DNA of 64,000 nt from an uncultured Chloroflexia bacterium (GTDB taxonomy: Bacteria; Chloroflexota; Limnocylindria; QHBO01): the NCBI GenBank assembly GCA_963725885.1, contig CAVSAH010000003.1, forward strand, positions 449,697 through 513,696. Reading direction: 5' to 3'. Under the pieces are notes generated by a model, which had not been told where the DNA came from, ran no database searches, and saw only the letters and a program-made list of their open reading frames with translations. A program made the position numbers and the translations under genes. Positions 63,056-64,000 of the stretch are shown one piece after another (within the stretch, counting starts at the first letter, position 1; every line of letters begins with the position of its first letter).

Positions 63056-64000
63056 TCAGGCGGCGCCACGCTCCTCTGCGCTGCCACGGTCGCTCCGGCG
63101 ACGCCGACGGCCGATGTCGGGCCGGTGCGCGACGGCCCGCTCGAGCGCGTCGAGCACGTCGTCACGGAAGGTGATCGCGTCCCTGCGGAGCTGCTCCATC
63201 GCGTCGTGGCGGCCAAGCCGCTCGCCATCGGCTCCGGTGACCAGGTCGTCGTACGCGCTTGCGGCGGCGATGACATGAGCGCCGACTGACCCGCGTGCAC
63301 TGCGCGCCCGCCGCCGGCGACGCTTTCCGGCCGCCTCGAGCGCACGCTGCTCGACGAGCAGGGTCGCCACGCTCTGGAGTGATGGCACCGGCGCCAGCTC
63401 CGCGAGGCCCTCGTCGTCGAGCGTCTGGAGGCGCGCGGCGAGCTCGATGCAGCGCGTCTCGTCCGACCCGAGACCGAGCGCATCGGCGACCGACTCGACC
63501 AGGCGACCCACGCGATCGACATGGCCATGGCGCGCGACTCCCTCGGACTCGACCGAGCGCGACACGGTCAGCAGAGCGTCGCGGACCGAGGCACCGGCCG
63601 GCACGTCCCGGCGCATGCCGGCGCGAGATGCATGCTCAACCAGGTGCTCGACGGCGTGCTCGTCATCCCCCTCCCGGATCGCGGCCGTCGCGAGCTCCTC
63701 GAGCGTGCCGCGCAGGTCGTCCACGTCCGCGTTGAGCGCATCGGATCGGACGACCCGGTCTGACCCGGAGCGCTTGCCGTAGTACAGCGCCGCGTCGGCG
63801 CTGGCCACCAGCCCCGCGCGAGTTGTGGCGTCGGCCGGGTAGGCGGCAACGCCGATGGTGATGGTCACGGGCGCGGGCTCTCCGTCGGTCAGCGCGGCGA
63901 CGGCGCGGCGAACGCGGCCCCCGACCCGCGTCGCCTGATCGGCGTTGGCGTCGGGCAGGATGAGGATGAACTCGTCGCCGCCGTAGCGGTAGACGCGGTC
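63056..64000 (-). CDS. GGDEF diguanylate cyclase domain followed by a degenerate HD-GYP-like domain (5' end outside the window)
   Basis: Own translation from 64000: DRVYRYGGDEFILILPD..ITIGVAAYP..ADAALYYGKRSG. C-terminal part HVDRVGRLVESVADALGL..AARLQTLDDEG (HD pair lost)..IAAASAYDDLVTG. Confidence 0.75.
   Translation of the reverse strand, partial: DRVYRYGGDEFILILPDANADQATRVGGRVRRAVAALTDGEPAPVTITIGVAAYPADATTRAGLVASADAALYYGKRSGSDRVVRSDALNADVDDLRGTLEELATAAIREGDDEHAVEHLVEHASRAGMRRDVPAGASVRDALLTVSRSVESEGVARHGHVDRVGRLVESVADALGLGSDETRCIELAARLQTLDDEGLAELAPVPSLQSVATLLVEQRALEAAGKRRRRRARSARGSVGAHVIAAASAYDDLVTGADGERLGRHDAMEQLRRDAITFRDDVLDALERAVAHRPDIGRRRRRSDRGSAEERGAA

Overview
Very GC-rich bacterial chromosomal window. 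Third codon positions are almost all G/C, and the antisense strands carry many long, spurious Arg/Pro/Asp-rich ORFs. I support about 70 protein genes and 2 tRNAs (Thr-CGT, Glu-TTC). I saw no rRNA, CRISPR array, transposase or integrase. Positions 1-14004 (minus strand) hold a complex I (nuo) cluster whose middle is non-canonical. The order is nuoA-B-C-D-H, then a NuoI-N::NuoE chimera, a NuoF-like gene and a 2Fe-2S::GltD-like::4Fe-4S::NuoI-C chimera, then nuoJ-K-L-M-N. This is the most interesting object in the window. The rest is mostly housekeeping: darA-tmk, pdxST, cca, deoC, galE, zur-zupT, a DEAD-box helicase, a glucosylglycerate-type solute cluster with a USP::GpgS fusion, an ABC-2 exporter, rplY, a two-component system, htrA, folCPB behind a Cys-rich two-CW-like protein, trxA, pknB, galU and an ATP-dependent DNA ligase. 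The right end looks more accessory: a NERD protein, OsmC, Ku next to a catalytically dead ligase-like gene, a WYL regulator coupled to a CYTH protein, a CAX antiporter and a GGDEF protein. About 40 reading-frame breaks interrupt otherwise well conserved genes. All behave as extra bases and they cluster strongly, so I read them as consensus errors rather than pseudogenes. I therefore annotate full-length genes and give the break positions. Many genes sit directly behind a TGCTAnnnT / TAnnnT -10 element and look leaderless. All product calls rest on my own motif recognition; no searches were run.
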